Under the pieces are notes generated by a model. That model had not been told where the DNA came from, made no database searches, and was given only the letters and a program-made list of their open reading frames with translations. Of a DNA stretch of 64,000 nt, positions 36,470-49,200 are shown piece by piece. The position numbers and the translations under genes are program-made. The stretch covers positions 434,001 to 498,000 of the forward strand of contig CBFFRQ010000066.1 of the NCBI GenBank assembly GCA_965644315.1, written 5' to 3'. Source of the DNA: Caecitellus pseudoparvulus. Lineage: Eukaryota > Protista > Bigyra: Bicosoecida. Position 1 is the stretch's first letter. Every line of letters starts with the position of its first letter.

Positions 36470-36871
36470 TTAGGAGCCGCCCAGGGCCTGGCCAGTGAGG
36501 GCTGGCAGCAGGGCCACTCTTGGGGTGTCATCGCCGCCATCAGGGGGGGCGCTGCCCCACCGGAAGGTGAAAGCTATGCCGGCCGCGATGGCAAGGGTGA
36601 CGCTGGCCACGACGACGATGGGGCCGGCATTGTCAACCTCGAACGTGCCAGCCTTGAGCTTGTCCACCGTGTCGAAGTACCGGAAGGTGGCGAAGCCGAG
36701 AAATACAAGGGCCAGCAGGAAACACGCCGCAGCGATGCGGGCCCCCTTGAAGCCGCCGAAAAACTTGGCCGCTACCAGCGCTGCACCCACCAGGGCCAGA
36801 CAGGTGCGGGTCCAGGCCAGGAACGTGCGCTCCGTCGCCAACAGGGGCGATGCAAGGTCTGTGGACACCAT
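36470..36871 (-). CDS. DUF202/VTC1-like three-TM protein
   Basis: LATERTFLAWTRT motif, three hydrophobic segments, and FEVDNAGP. Confidence 0.8.
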   Translation of the reverse strand: MVSTDLASPLLATERTFLAWTRTCLALVGAALVAAKFFGGFKGARIAAACFLLALVFLGFATFRYFDTVDKLKAGTFEVDNAGPIVVVASVTLAIAAGIAFTFRWGSAPPDGGDDTPRVALLPALTGQALGGS

Positions 36872-37128
36872 GGTGTTGGAAACACGGGCAATTACACAGA
36901 ATGCACACAAATGCAGCCTTGAGCAGGCTCGCTGGGGCTGCTGAGCGGCAAGGTTGGCGGCGCGACAGCAGGCGCAAAGACCGCAACTCTGGCGCAGGGT
37001 GCCTGACCCTGGCACTGAAGCACAGGCTGCCAGGGGGACTGCCGGCGGGGCCCAGCTTAACGCTGCAAGAAGCTGCATTATCCATGGGCGACTGTACCCG
37101 AAAAGTGGGAGGTTCGGGGGAATGCCGC

Positions 37129-38585
37129 TCAGCTCGCGGACGCTGCTGGTGCACCGAGGTGTCCCTTGGCATCTGAAAAGGTGCTCTTCAACACCCACGC
37201 TTCGCTGACAACGCCTTGCAGCGTGCGCACATCCCACCGCTTGCTGGGAGGGTCTTGGAAGAACATGACGTAGTCCTGGAACTCCATGCCTTTGATGTCC
37301 ACGGCCCAGCTCAGCAGCATGGCGGCGCAGACGTACGTGTGGAACTCCTCAAACCCCGCATCTTCGGCGATGTAGCTGTCCCACAGCCGCAGGCACAGAG
37401 GCGTCTGCAGCTCCCGGGTCAACAGGCAATTCATCCACCTGAAGGCGAACTTTTGGAATTCGTAGGACTCCTCGCCCTCCTCCAAATGCGCCACCAGCGC
37501 GCTGTCCAGGCGCACCACCAGCTCCCGCAGCGACCACACCATGCGCTGGATGCCGGGCTGCGTGGGGGTGTAGTTGTCTTGGATGCGGTCCACGGTGCGT
37601 GTCAGGCACCAGTACGCATCTGCCTCCACATCATGCAGTGTGCTGGCTGCCACGCAGGTGGTGTCGGTGCACTGCAGCCCCACGAAGTGCGACAGGAACG
37701 CCACCAAAATCGTCGCCGTCAAGTCGTTGATGCCCTGCACGTAGGACGAGGCGGGGTGCCGCACCGCCCACAGGTACAGCACGCGCTCCAGCGCCCGCTG
37801 CACGAAGTCGGTGTGCACGAGGGCCTGCTCGGGCATGGTACGGGGGAGGTCCACAAGGATGTTGCGCAGGAGGCGCTGTTCAGCTTCTGAGCGCCCCGCA
37901 TACCCACTGCCCCGCTCCCCGCCAGTGTAGTACTGCTGCACACAGGCCCAGTACTCAGCTCGCTTGCGCTGCAGCGTGGCTTGGGCGCGGTCCCACACCG
38001 GCGGCATGTACCCAAGCAGGACCCGCCAGGTGTCGTACCGGTACTCGAATGGCACGCCACACCACGCCAGAGGCTTCAGGCTGTCCACATTCAGCACACC
38101 GCCCGGCTTGCCCCACTTGGCAAAGATCTTGTCCCACTTGCGCTGCACGACCGGCGTCCGAAACGGCTCGTACTGCGCCCACTCGACAGCCAGGGACGCG
38201 ACTACACTCGCCTCGTCATCATGTTGCGACGGGGTTTGATCACTGCCAGCTGCAGCGGCAGCAGCAGCCGCCGTGGCTGGGGAGCTGGCAGCGTCGGCAG
38301 GCGCCGGAGAGCCAGGCGCCGATGGTGCCTCGGGCGTGTCACTGGAAGGAACGCTGGGCAAGGTTTGTTGCCTGGGCGAGCTGTCAGCTTCAGGGCCATG
38401 TTCGGCAGGTGCGTCAGGGGCCCTGTGCAGCCGCAGGCAGGCAGAGTGGCATTGGCGTGCTGGGCGAGAGCGCAGCTGCAGTGCTCTCCACAGGCCCCGC
38501 TCACTCACCCTGCTGAGGGCGCTGTGGAAGCCTGTGCGCTGCCCCCTTGCACTGACACCACACCAGGGACAAGTGGTGCCGCCAT
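37129..38585 (-). CDS. TBC1D22: TBC-domain Rab GAP, TBC1D22/Gyp1 family
   Basis: WCGVP...TWRVLLGYMP, ILVDLPRT (R finger), WAVRHPASSYVQGINDL (Q finger), EADAYWC, IQDNYT, FAFRWMNCLL.RE, RLWDSY. Confidence 0.9.
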
Positions 38586-38818
38586 GGGGCAGGAAATTCA
38601 AGAAACAGGACGTGGACCAGGCTCGGGGTGCCACGTTGCAAAGCGTGTGGCGCTGGTGCTGGTGGTGCCTGGTGACACCTGCCCGTTTGCGCCAGCAGGC
38701 GCTCATACCGGTGTCTGCACGGAAACCTGAGAGACCCTTCCGCATGTATATTGAGTCACATTGCATTGGCTCCATCCTGAGACTGCCAGACGCCTCGCGC
38801 GCTGTGCGAGGGGACGCC

Positions 38819-39766
38819 TCACCACAGGTGGTACCACTTCTTGTTCAGCGCCCGCAGCTGTGCTTCACCAGCCTCGATTTGGGCAGCCAGCATGGCTTGC
38901 TGGTTCCGAAGATGCTGCAGCCGGGTCGGCAACATGTCCTGCTCCACTTGGGGTGCAGTGCAGTCGGGCGACGTGGGGTCGGTGGTGCGGATCAGCTCTT
39001 GCTCGGCTGCCTCCAGCTGCCCCAGGGCAGCTTGAAGCTGAGCCAGGCCCTCCTCAGACACTTGCAGCACTGCTGTGGGTGGAGGGATCCGCTGAGGCTC
39101 GACAGGGTCTGTCGTGGCGTGCAGTGAGAAGGAAAGGGAGCGTGGCGTGACATGCCATCCGCGACCCCGGGCAGGCACACACACCTGTGACTCTGGAGAA
39201 CAGCTCCACCGATGTGGAGGGCACCCCCATGGCCTCTGCTGCCTCCGCAGCTGATGCACTGCTGGGGAGGGTCACCTTGTGCACGCTGCCATCCGCGGCC
39301 GTGAATTGCAGCGTTTCCTCTGCGTTTCGCAGGCGCAATGCGGGTGCCGGCACACCAGTCTCGCGGCGAAGGGAGGGCGCAGCTCACCTGCCGAGCACCT
39401 GTCGACGTGAAAGTACGCATCATCCCTGCGCGCCTCATCGATGTCAATGAATCCCTGCACGGCCTCGACCAGGGCAGGCGCGTGCTCCCCCAACAACAGC
39501 CGAACTTCCGTGTCCTCCTTCAGCAAGTACACCAAGTACATCGGCACGCCAAAGACGAAGAGGAAGGCGGCACCCCACGCAACATAGTACAGGTCTGACT
39601 TGCCTTCGTCACGTGCTGCAGCTGTCGTGCTCGCAGGCGTGCTGCTGCTGCTGCACCGGCGCGTCAAGACCACTCGGCAGGCTGGTGCTTGGAGTGGCAC
39701 TCCCAGAGCCGAACGGCTGCGCAGGGCCAGCGCCAGCCTGGCGCGTGCAGGCGCAAGTCTCTGCAT
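38819..39766 (-). CDS. Hypothetical mitochondrial single-pass membrane protein with C-terminal coiled coil, 3 exons
   Basis: Arg-rich, acid-free N-terminus; TM segment YYVAWGAAFLFVFGVPMYLVYLL; ends ...RALNKKWYHLW*. Confidence 0.55.
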
Positions 39767-39921
39767 TTGGCGGGATTTCGATAGCACTGACACCCTGTGG
39801 TGTCAAGGCACAGCCCGGCAAGCTCCCAGCGCAGTCAGAGCTGCAGAGTTGAGGAATTTGACACGCACGGCACCAGTGCTCGCCGCCACTGGCCCTGCCC
39901 CAGAGTCCCCGCGCACTCCGC

Positions 39922-40809
39922 CTACACATGCACTTCAGAAAGCGACAGCTCCTGCAGCGTGTTCTGTGCCGAGTCAGTGACGACCAGTGACTGCCCGTCG
40001 TGGGAAATGGCAAGGCCTGACACCTCCGGCGATGCCACGAACAGCTCCATGAGCAGCTTGCCCTCGGGCGACAAGACAGACACCAAGCCGCCACTGGAGC
40101 AGCCCTCGAAGTCGAAGTGCCCGACGTACAGCACTCCACCTCGCTCGTGGTCGCAGGCCAGCGCGACGGGGCCCAGGCGCCCGCTGAAGCTGGCGAAGAC
40201 ACTGGTGTGGAAGACGCCGCTGGGGTCGGCCACCAGGCGCAAGATGCGGTTTGCCATCGTCTCAGCCACGTACACTGCCTTGTCTCCCGGTGACACAGCG
40301 ATGCCGGTGGGGTGTGCCAGGCACTCAAGCGCCAGCGGCCGCAGCAGGCCATCACTGCGAATGGTGAAGAGGCTGCCGACTGGGTTCGCAAGGGTGCTCT
40401 CGCCGAGTGGCCCTGGGTCTGTGAAGTACATGGTGCCTTCCGAGTCGAATGTGATGGAGTGTGGGCCCTGTGCAGGGGGGGCGCGTGGCGGTGGGGTTTC
40501 TGGCATCGGCGCCAGTGCCGGCACACCCACCTTGAACGGCTTGCCCTCGTAGTCCTCCACGTGCACACTGTGGTGCCCGTCTGAATCCACGACCAGGATG
40601 GCTGCCAGAGCCTGATCAGCCACATACAGCTCCCCCTCCTTCCAGGCCAGTCCAGCAGGCTGCCCACCTGTGTTGACCAACTCAGTGCAGTCCGAGCCTG
40701 ACACGGACAGGATGCTCCCCGTGCCGTGCGAAGCGACATGCAAGGCGCCATCAGCGTTGTAGGCTGGGCAGCACACGCCCTTGCCTGCATGCAGCGACTC
40801 AGCGGCCAT
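39922..40809 (-). CDS. SMP-30/gluconolactonase/LRE (SGL) beta-propeller
   Basis: TGGQPAGLA, YEGKPFK|GPHSITFDSEGTMYFTDPG, LAHPTGIAVSP..KAVYVAETMANRILR. Probable in-frame 63-nt intron 40468-40530. Confidence 0.85.
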   Translation of the reverse strand: MAAESLHAGKGVCCPAYNADGALHVASHGTGSILSVSGSDCTELVNTGGQPAGLAWKEGELYVADQALAAILVVDSDGHHSVHVEDYEGKPFKVGVPALAPMPETPPPRAPPAQGPHSITFDSEGTMYFTDPGPLGESTLANPVGSLFTIRSDGLLRPLALECLAHPTGIAVSPGDKAVYVAETMANRILRLVADPSGVFHTSVFASFSGRLGPVALACDHERGGVLYVGHFDFEGCSSGGLVSVLSPEGKLLMELFVASPEVSGLAISHDGQSLVVTDSAQNTLQELSLSEVHV

Positions 40810-41159
40810 GGTGACCGTGTTGCACCGAGCCGAGATCGGGCAAGTCAAAAACCGCAGGCTCCCGTGAAGCCAAGGCAAAGTGCGGGAGGCAGCCAGGTGA
40901 GAGAGGGGCACTGCCTGAGCGTGCAGTTCTGGGTACGCGTGCCTTGGTCGGGTATTGTTTTGTTAGCTATTACCAGGTTGTTGCCGGCGTGGTGGCCGGC
41001 CTACCTGCGGCTTCGGCAGCGCTCCCTCTCCTCCCGTACACAAAACACGAACGCTCCACACTCGCACGCACCCGACGGACACTTCAAACCCAGGCCCCTG
41101 CACTTGATTTCCCCGGGCTTCGTTCAGTGACAGCAAGCCTCTCGTGGTTGACTGTGCAC

Positions 41160-41170
41160 CAATTTCCGCA
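41160..41170 (+). promoter_or_regulatory. CAATTTCCGCA 5'-end element (example instance)
   Basis: 5 nt upstream of ATG 41176. The same element lies on the coding strand upstream of PDCD2 (19131-19141), SNM1 (61782-61792) and the 29731 gene (29657-29667); a GATTTCCGCA variant precedes RING1 (27895-27904). Confidence 0.5.
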
Positions 41171-41175
41171 GCAAC

Positions 41176-43141
41176 ATGTACTCCCTGCAGCACAAGCTGC
41201 CGCGGCTGCCGATGCCCAGCCTGGAAGCGACAGTGTCCAAGTACTTGAAGACTCTCCTCCCGCTTCTGACTGCAGCAGAGCACGCTGCCGCAACCAAGAC
41301 GGCTGAGGAGTTCTTGGCCGACCCGAAGCAAGGGCCACTGCTGCAGCAGCGGCTGGTGGTGCGTGGCTTCCACTGCGCTGGCGCCTCGCCGCACGCACGT
41401 GGGTCCTGAGCGGCGCCCTTTGCAGGCCTGGGCAGCAGACAAAGACAACTGGCTTGAGCCTCTATGGGACACAGGGTACCTCGAGACGCGCCTGGCCAAC
41501 CCGGTCAACATCAACTACTTCTTGCACCTGGCCCAGCCAACGCCTGGAAGCTGGGCGGAGGAACCGAGCCACCAACTGCACCATGCCGCAGTACTGCTGG
41601 CCGCCGCCGCCGATTTCCACGCACAGGTGGCTGCCGAGGCCCTGCCGGCGGAGACTGACCCCTCTGGCGCGCCAGTGTGCATGTCGCAGTATGCGCGCAT
41701 GTTTGGCCACGCGCGCCTGGCGCGGGCTGGCTGCGACGAGCTGCGCAACTACACGACTGCCCCCTCTGGCCTGCCCACCCGGCACTTCGCGACGCAGTTC
41801 ATGGGCACCAACCCTCGCCACGTCGCCGTCATGCACAAGGGGCATGTGGGCGTGCTGGACATCCTGGGGGAGGACGGCGCGCCCCTCCCCGCGCCGGCCA
41901 TCCTGGCCTCCCTAGTGGACCTGGCAGACGCCTTTGCTCGGCAGCCGGAGCCTGAGGCGTGCATTGGTGCTGCCACCTTCCTGGAGCGAGACACCGCCGC
42001 CCGCGTGCGGCTGGACCTGGAGGGCACCCACGGACCCACGGCAGACAGCCTGCACCAGTTGGACAGTGCTCTCTTTGTCGTGTGCCTGGACGACGAGGAT
42101 GTGGAGAACTTGGACGGGTCCCCCCTGGCGGAGGGTGCGCCTGCTGACGAGAGCACCACCACGCAGCGCGTCATGCTGGGCCACCCGGAACACGGCAACC
42201 GTTGGTTCGACAAGCACAACTTGATCGTGCGGCCCCACGGCACGGCCGCGTGGAACCTGGAGCACGCACAGGGCGACGCGACGCCCTTCATGAGTCTATT
42301 TGCGACCCAGGTGTCCCACCGTGCGGCCTGCATGGCGCCACCCCAGCCAGCGCCAGGTGCCTCCACAGCTCGCCTGCTCCTGTTCAGCCCGTCTGAGACA
42401 GCTCTGGGCCTGCTGCGGCAGGGGCAGGCAGAGTGGCGCGCCATGGAGGCGCGTGTGCGCAGCCACGCCTTTCGCAGCCCTGGACTGGGCTCTGCGGCTG
42501 TGAAGGCGGCAGGCTGCTCCCCGGACGCCTTTGTACAGAGTGCATTCCAAGTGGCGGCCATGCGTCTGCACGGCAAGGCACTGCCTGCGTACGAGTCGGT
42601 GGCCACACGGGGGTTCCTGCACGGCCGCACAGAGGTGGGCAGGTCCACGAGTGTCCAGTCCAAGGCCCTGGCTGAGGAGATGTGCAGGGGGCAGTGGCGC
42701 GGCGGCGGGGCGCCTCTGCAGGCAGCAGGCGCAGCTCTGGATGCGGCGCTGAGTGCCCAGACGCAGTACTTGCGCGATGCCAAAGCTGGGCAGGGCGTGG
42801 ACCGGCATCTCTTCGGCCTGCAGAGCATGGCGTGGCAGGCTGGGGAAGTGCTGCCGCCGTTCTTGGGAGATGGAGTGCTGGCGGCGTCCAGCAAATGGCG
42901 GCTGTCCACTTCCAATGCCGGCTCCCTGGCGACGTCCAGGTTCGGGTACGGGCCGGTTGTGCCGGGAGGGTACGGGCTGGGGTACATGGTGCACCCAGAC
43001 GAGGTGATCGTGTCTGTGACGGCGTTTGAGGATGGGCAAGGGGAAGACAAAGTGTCTGCTGATGACTTCGCTGTCGCGCTTGGCGAGGCCTTGCACGACC
43101 TGCATGCCGTTGCCGTGGCTAGGCAGGAGCCGTCCAGATGA
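41176..43141 (+). CDS. Carnitine/choline O-acyltransferase
   Basis: LPRLPMPSLEAT..KYL, NWLEPLW, CMSQYARMF, NRWFDK, EHAQGD (catalytic His), SPDAFVQ, YESVATRGFLHGRTE, GQGVDRHLFGL, LSTS, GYGPVVPGGYG. Confidence 0.93.
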
Positions 43142-43273
43142 GCACCGCCAGCCTCCAACAAGCACTCGCCACATGGCCCACAGAAACGAAAAATCCACGT
43201 TTTCCTTCGCTGGTGACTCCAAGCCAGAGCCGGTTTCGTCGCACAGGGCTGGTCACCTGCTTGGATTGAAGGA

Positions 43274-46200
43274 ATGGCGGCGAGGAGCAGCGGCACGGCA
43301 AGGCCAGCCCGCAGTATGCATGCTCGGTGCCTGGACTCCCATGTGGCCATCGCTCGTGTGTGTGACGTCGATCTTCGCTTGCGTCCAGAGGACTTCACGC
43401 CAGAATCAAGTCTGCCAAGTGAGGGTGCTCTCAGAGCAGCGTGAAACGCTGCGTTTCACTTAGGACCCTGCCCGCCACCCGCCTTCCAGATTGCGGAGCC
43501 TGCCCAGACTGCAAGGCAAACCTGAAGACACGGCAAGGTGTGTTACCTGACATGCCGAATTGCAAGGTTTCGAGGGCAGCCAGCCCATCGTAAGCTGCCC
43601 CCGTCTACCTGCATCATCGTGCAAGTCACCCTGCACCCTGCGCAGAAACGGGACAAGACGGCAAGCGCATCTGCCGCAACGCCACGAAACATGCAAAACT
43701 TAACATTCTAGGATACGACATTGAGTACAGGCGCCCCAAGACGCGCGTCTCAGAGGAGGTGCGCGCGGTGCTGTCTGCAAGGCAACTTGCCCACAAGCGC
43801 AGGCGTGCTGCTTTGTGGGACGCCCGCGTCCTCATCCGGCGCCACGTGCATGAAGTGGAGCAGGTGCAATGCCGTCGTGAAGCCCTGCTTCACATGCTGG
43901 AGGACCCCAAAGAAACGCTGTTCGATGCCAAAGGAGACCAGTTCTTTGACACAGACGTCATTCATGGGACTCCGCAGCGGGTGCGGCCCAGTCAGCTCTT
44001 CAGCATGGTGGAGCCGCTCATCACCCACTCGTCACAGCAGCTGAACCACGCTCTCCAGGCAGACCGCATGGTCCTGAGGTTCCTCATGCACATTGCAGGG
44101 GCCGAGATCTCCCGCATCGCTCGCGGGTACCTGTGGCGCGTGCGAGTGAGGGAGTTCCGGCGTGTGTACCTCCAGAACGTAGCTGCGGTGACACTGCAGG
44201 CGCTCTGGCGAGGGTTCTTCGTGAGAAAGTACATCGTACCTCTCTTCAAAGCCCAACGAGCGACGCGCTGCGCAATTGTTATCCAGCGCATTACGCGTGG
44301 CTGGCTGAAGCGGCTGTGGTACTCCCGCGTGCTGTCCCATCGCCGGAGGCTGTTGGAAGCAGCCGCAGCGGTGAAGATCCAGGCTGCAGTGCGTGGGTGG
44401 ACTGTGTACCGGGACAAGGAGGAAGTGTGGGAGGATGCCCGTGATGAGCGTGCTCAGTGGGACGAGTTCAGGCAGAAGCGCCTGGAGCGGGCACGGGCTC
44501 GGAGGTGGCAGTTGGAGCAGCGAGCAGCGACAAACATCCAGCGTGTCGTGCGGGGCTTGCTGGCCCGCAGGGAGGCCTACATGCGACGCCAGCAAGGGTT
44601 CATTTCCCACCCCAGGGTGCGCGAGCTGGCAGACGCATACCTGAGCGGGGGTGACTTGTGGGGCTTGCTTGCCGCCGTCAACCAGGACTACGAGCGGCGG
44701 GAAACTGACAAGGCCAATGACTCCCTGCAGACTTCTGCCTTCATTGATCAGATGGTGCGGCTTCGCGAGGAGAGGCGCTCCCAGGACTGGCGGGAATGGC
44801 AAGATGCGAAGAAGGCACTGCTGCCTGACGTGCGCAAGGGAAGCCAAGCCGCTGCCGACCACCGCCCACCTTCTGCACAAGAGCGCCATGATGATGCCAA
44901 GCTTGCGCTCCTGGAGCAGATGTACCTTTCGACACCAGCTACTGACGCAGCCCGGTCTGGGACAGCTGCCTCTCGACTCATCATCAGCCCAGACAAGAAC
45001 GAGTACCTTGCCCGGCGTGCTGAGAAGGTGGCCCAAGAAAAGCGCGATGTTCGTGCGGCGGCCGCTAGGGCAGGGCATGTCGCGACAGCCCAGCGATCAA
45101 GTGCCATGAAACGCACGTCCTCAACGCGGGGGGGAGCGGGTGCAGGCATCCTGGCCTCTGGACCTGAAGAACCAGGGGAGCCGAGCTGGCCGCCTGGCTC
45201 CCGCCTGTCAGCACACCACGTACAAGCTCAACGGGAGCACGCTTACACAGCCCCACAGCAGCCTCTCACCAATCCCATCGACGGAAGCCACCCAGCAGAT
45301 ATGTTCATTCCCACAAGTTTCACGAAGACACTGGCTCAGACCGGGCCTGCGCACCCTGCAACAACCTCCTGGCGGGCGGCCTCACAAGAGCCGGAGCAGG
45401 CACCGCTCCCAGCAGGTGACGACACGCACACCCACAGCTCCCCCCGTCGCTTTACTGCTCCATCTAGCAGCCCTGTTCGACCACACACGAGCCTTGAGCT
45501 GGCTGCCGCTGAGGGGGCCACCCGCATCGCTGGCCTGACGCAAGTCAGCCCGCGTCGGCAGCTTTCAGCCCAGGATCCTGCTCCATACTTAACCACACAT
45601 GTTCGGCGCTTGCCCACTCCTTCTGGACGCGCATCTAGCACTGCAGATTTTGAAGTTCAGGTCCCAAAGGCGCCCTTTCACAGTGGAGCCCTGGGGGCCT
45701 GGGACCGACCCCTCGCGCCAGGAGGGGCGCTGGTCGCGGAGGACGGCTACATGCGACCACATGTGATGAATTCCATCCTTGAAGCTGTGGACAGGCTTGC
45801 GTCGCGGGAAATCATCCGTGCTCGGGGGCCCGACGACGGGCGCCCCGTGTCCCCTGCCACCATGCTCATGCTGAAGATGAAGGCCAAGAAACAAGCCATT
45901 GACCGCGAGGCGTTCACGCGGCACAACAAGGGAATCCTCGCAGAAGGCTCCGAGTACATGGATACCACTGGGAAAACATATGTAGATGAGGAGGGGCGTG
46001 TGCACCAGGTGGCAGCCGGGGAGGCCGCGCGCGAGGTCGTGGTCGTGGACAGTGACTCGCCACGAGAAGTGGTCGCGAAGCACCTCCGCAACCTCTCTAT
46101 CCAAAGCGTTAAGCGTGCAGAGGAAGCCGCTGCTGGCCGACTTTCCTCGACACAAAAGGCAGTGGCTGACGACGGCGCTGCACGTGAGGAAGTGGATGCA

Positions 46201-49200
46201 GAAGTGGCGGCCCTCACTGGGCAGCACAAGTCGTACAGGCAGATCAAGTACGAGATGATGCTCGAGACAGCGCGAGTGGTCTCCTCCTCCATCATGTGCG
46301 CTGCTGCTGAAACGCTGGAGAGCCTCATTGTGCGGGAGCGTATGGATGACCAGCTGGCTCAAGCCATCGCAAGCGGCACGAGTGCCGCGGGAGCTGGCCC
46401 TGAGGGGTACACCAGGCTGGCCAGCTCCGGCATCCTAGGGGCGGCTTCCGCTGGCGCCCTGTCAAAGGCTGCTTCCAGAGTGTCCACGGCAACTGGTCCA
46501 ACCCGTCCAGGCACTCGTGAAGCCTTCAGCTCGCGAACCGGCCACATGGGTGCGTCTGCAGATTCGGCAACGCTGTCTGGAGTCAGCGTCTTGCCCGGCA
46601 ACGCAGCTGCAGACCTACTGCGCCGCCCCCGTGACTCAAAGCCTCACATTCTCAGAGACGGCACTGCACCCGCAAAAACCTTCAAGCACCTGACTCGCAT
46701 GGGGTATCACGTGCTTCATGGGCGGGCAGAGCCCTCAAACCCGTATGGACGCCAGTGGGCAGCAGGCGTGGATGACCAAGACCGCATCGCTGCTGCCCGC
46801 GCACAGGCAAAAGCGCGAGTGCGCAAGGAGAGGCACTTGACTGCCTTGGCAGATTCGCAAGGTGCCCCTGAGCTTGCCAGAGCCTTCGGCTTGAGCAGCA
46901 CAGGCAGTGAGTCAGCCCAGGCAAGTAACCCTGCTGCCGCCGACTTTGAGTTCAACGACGAGCCACTGCCGGAGCATTTGGGCGTGCCCCTCGGACAGGG
47001 TGTGGAAGAGGACCTGCGCCGTGAGAAGCTCCTCCAGGGCTTTTCCACTGACGGCAAGCCGGGTGTGCGCACCCTGCTGCGTGACATTCGTGGCATGAAG
47101 GGGCCCATGGATGCCCTCATCATCCACGCCGCGCTGCGGGTTGCACCAGTTCCACAAGGTGCCCTCACCTGGGCACAGCGAGCAGGGTTGAAGCTTAGCA
47201 CGGAGTTGACTCAGCTTTCAGCCGAAGGGAAGCCATTGCTCCGGACGTTGGACAGCGCCCAGGACATCGCCCCTGAAGCTGGCCCACCGCGGGACCGTGT
47301 CGTCCTGGCTCGGAGCTTCAGCAGCCCAGCCACTGGCGAGGAAGCGGCTCGAGTCTTTGCTGAAATACCTGCGAGCATGGTGAAGGTACAATGGGAGCGC
47401 CTGGTGCGGGGCCTGGCCGCACCCACTGTATCCCTGCTTGCCAAGCAAGGCTGCGAAGTGGTAGGGGATGTCGCAAATGTGGACCTGGACAAGCTGCCCA
47501 TTGACCCCCGTCTGGCCCACATAATTGTCCGCCTCCTTGCCGTCATCAAAGCAGCAACTAAGCTCACTTCTGCAGGGGTTGTGAGGGAGGTGTTCGCTGC
47601 TGCCCCGCCGCCAGTCAAGCCGCCACTTGTAGGGCCATATGCAGGCAAGCCTCTTGCAGGCAACTCGAGCGTGCCCGTTGGCTCAGCTCGAGTTTCCCGT
47701 TTCCTCAGCAAGCCGGGAGCTAGCGGCGGCCTCGACGTAAATGCCAGCAGCCTTGGCACGACAGGGCACCCAGTGAGCTACGACCCTCCAGGAGGCAGTG
47801 CGCTGATTGCAGTGGATTCCCTGGTGCGGCAGCCCGCTCAGGGCTCACCGCGCCAAGCGTCTGCAGCGCACCCACACCCAGCCAGCCCAAGGCAACCAGT
47901 GCATGAGCCTCCCAACCCTACGGTGGCCTTTGGATCTCAGCAAGGCGGCAGTGTTGGGGGGCGTGGCACTCTGGACACAGCCAGCGGGCAACGTGTGCCC
48001 ATCTCGATCGCACACACTTTGCGTGGACAGCTTGGAAAGGGTGGTGGCACTGGTGGCGCGGCAGATGGTGAGGATAGCATATCTGCATCGCCCAGGGCGC
48101 TGGACGGCACGGCGGCGACGCCCCTGCACTCACGGGTGGGGGGCGCCAGTGTATCACGAGAGGTATCCCGCAGCCTCATGTCTTCGGTGCGGGGTCGCCC
48201 ACCAATGCTGGCAGCGGCAGGCCCAAGCCCGGACACGTTCCTTCCCAAACCACACACGCCAGATGGTGGAATGCCAGCTGGTCGTCCCACGGCAATCACG
48301 AAGCCTGCGAAGCACGGCACGAAGCCGGCACACCCAAGCGCCGAGCCCCCCAACGGCTCTGGACCCCTACATGGCAACCTGTACGTGCAGGTGGGGCTGT
48401 ACACTGGTTTTTCATCAAAAGAGACTTCTGCAGGGCGGGCAATGAGTGCCAAGGCCGTGGATGAGATGTTCCAAAGCACCGCTACGGGAGGCAAGCCGCT
48501 GCTCCAGACTTCAGGCGTACCCGAGAGCGACCTACTCTCTGCGATGCATGCACAGCAGGCCCTGGAGGAGTCTCACCGCATGGAAAAGTTCATGAAAGCG
48601 CGAGTCCAGTCTGGATTGAGAGAGTACCGCAAGCTACACACAGCAGCTCAGGGCTTGCCGCCCGAGCCAGAGCTCATGCTCATCCCAGATGGCTTCAGCA
48701 TCTTGGAGCGGGACGATGCGCTCTCTGCACCTTGCTTGAAAGCTGCCATGCAGCGCCGCGCAGGCCAGCTTGAGCGAGAGCAGGAGCTCAAGGCCATGGC
48801 AGCCAGCAGCCTGGGGCAGGGGCTGGCTCACAGCAAGCGCAAGCTGGACCTGGCCGCAAAGAAGCGCAGCGAAGAGCTCGCACGCACACGCGCTGAGGAG
48901 GAAGCTGCAGTGAAGATCAACAAGCAGACCGCGTTTCAGCGATACTACACTTCCCTACTCAGCTCAGGCAGCGGAGGCGAAGTTGCAAAGCTGTCTGGCA
49001 TCCACGCAGAGAGGGCAGAGGCTGCAGCCTCGGAGCGCAGCCTGTCTGAAGTGTTGCAAGAGCTATCTGGCAGCCTGAACGGGCTGAAGGCGATTTCAGA
49101 CCTGAACTCACCCATCGACGTCGCCCTGATCCAGGTGGCCTTCGTCCTGCCGCTGCCTGCCCCGCGCCTGGTGGCCATGAGTGATCACCGGACGGGAGTG

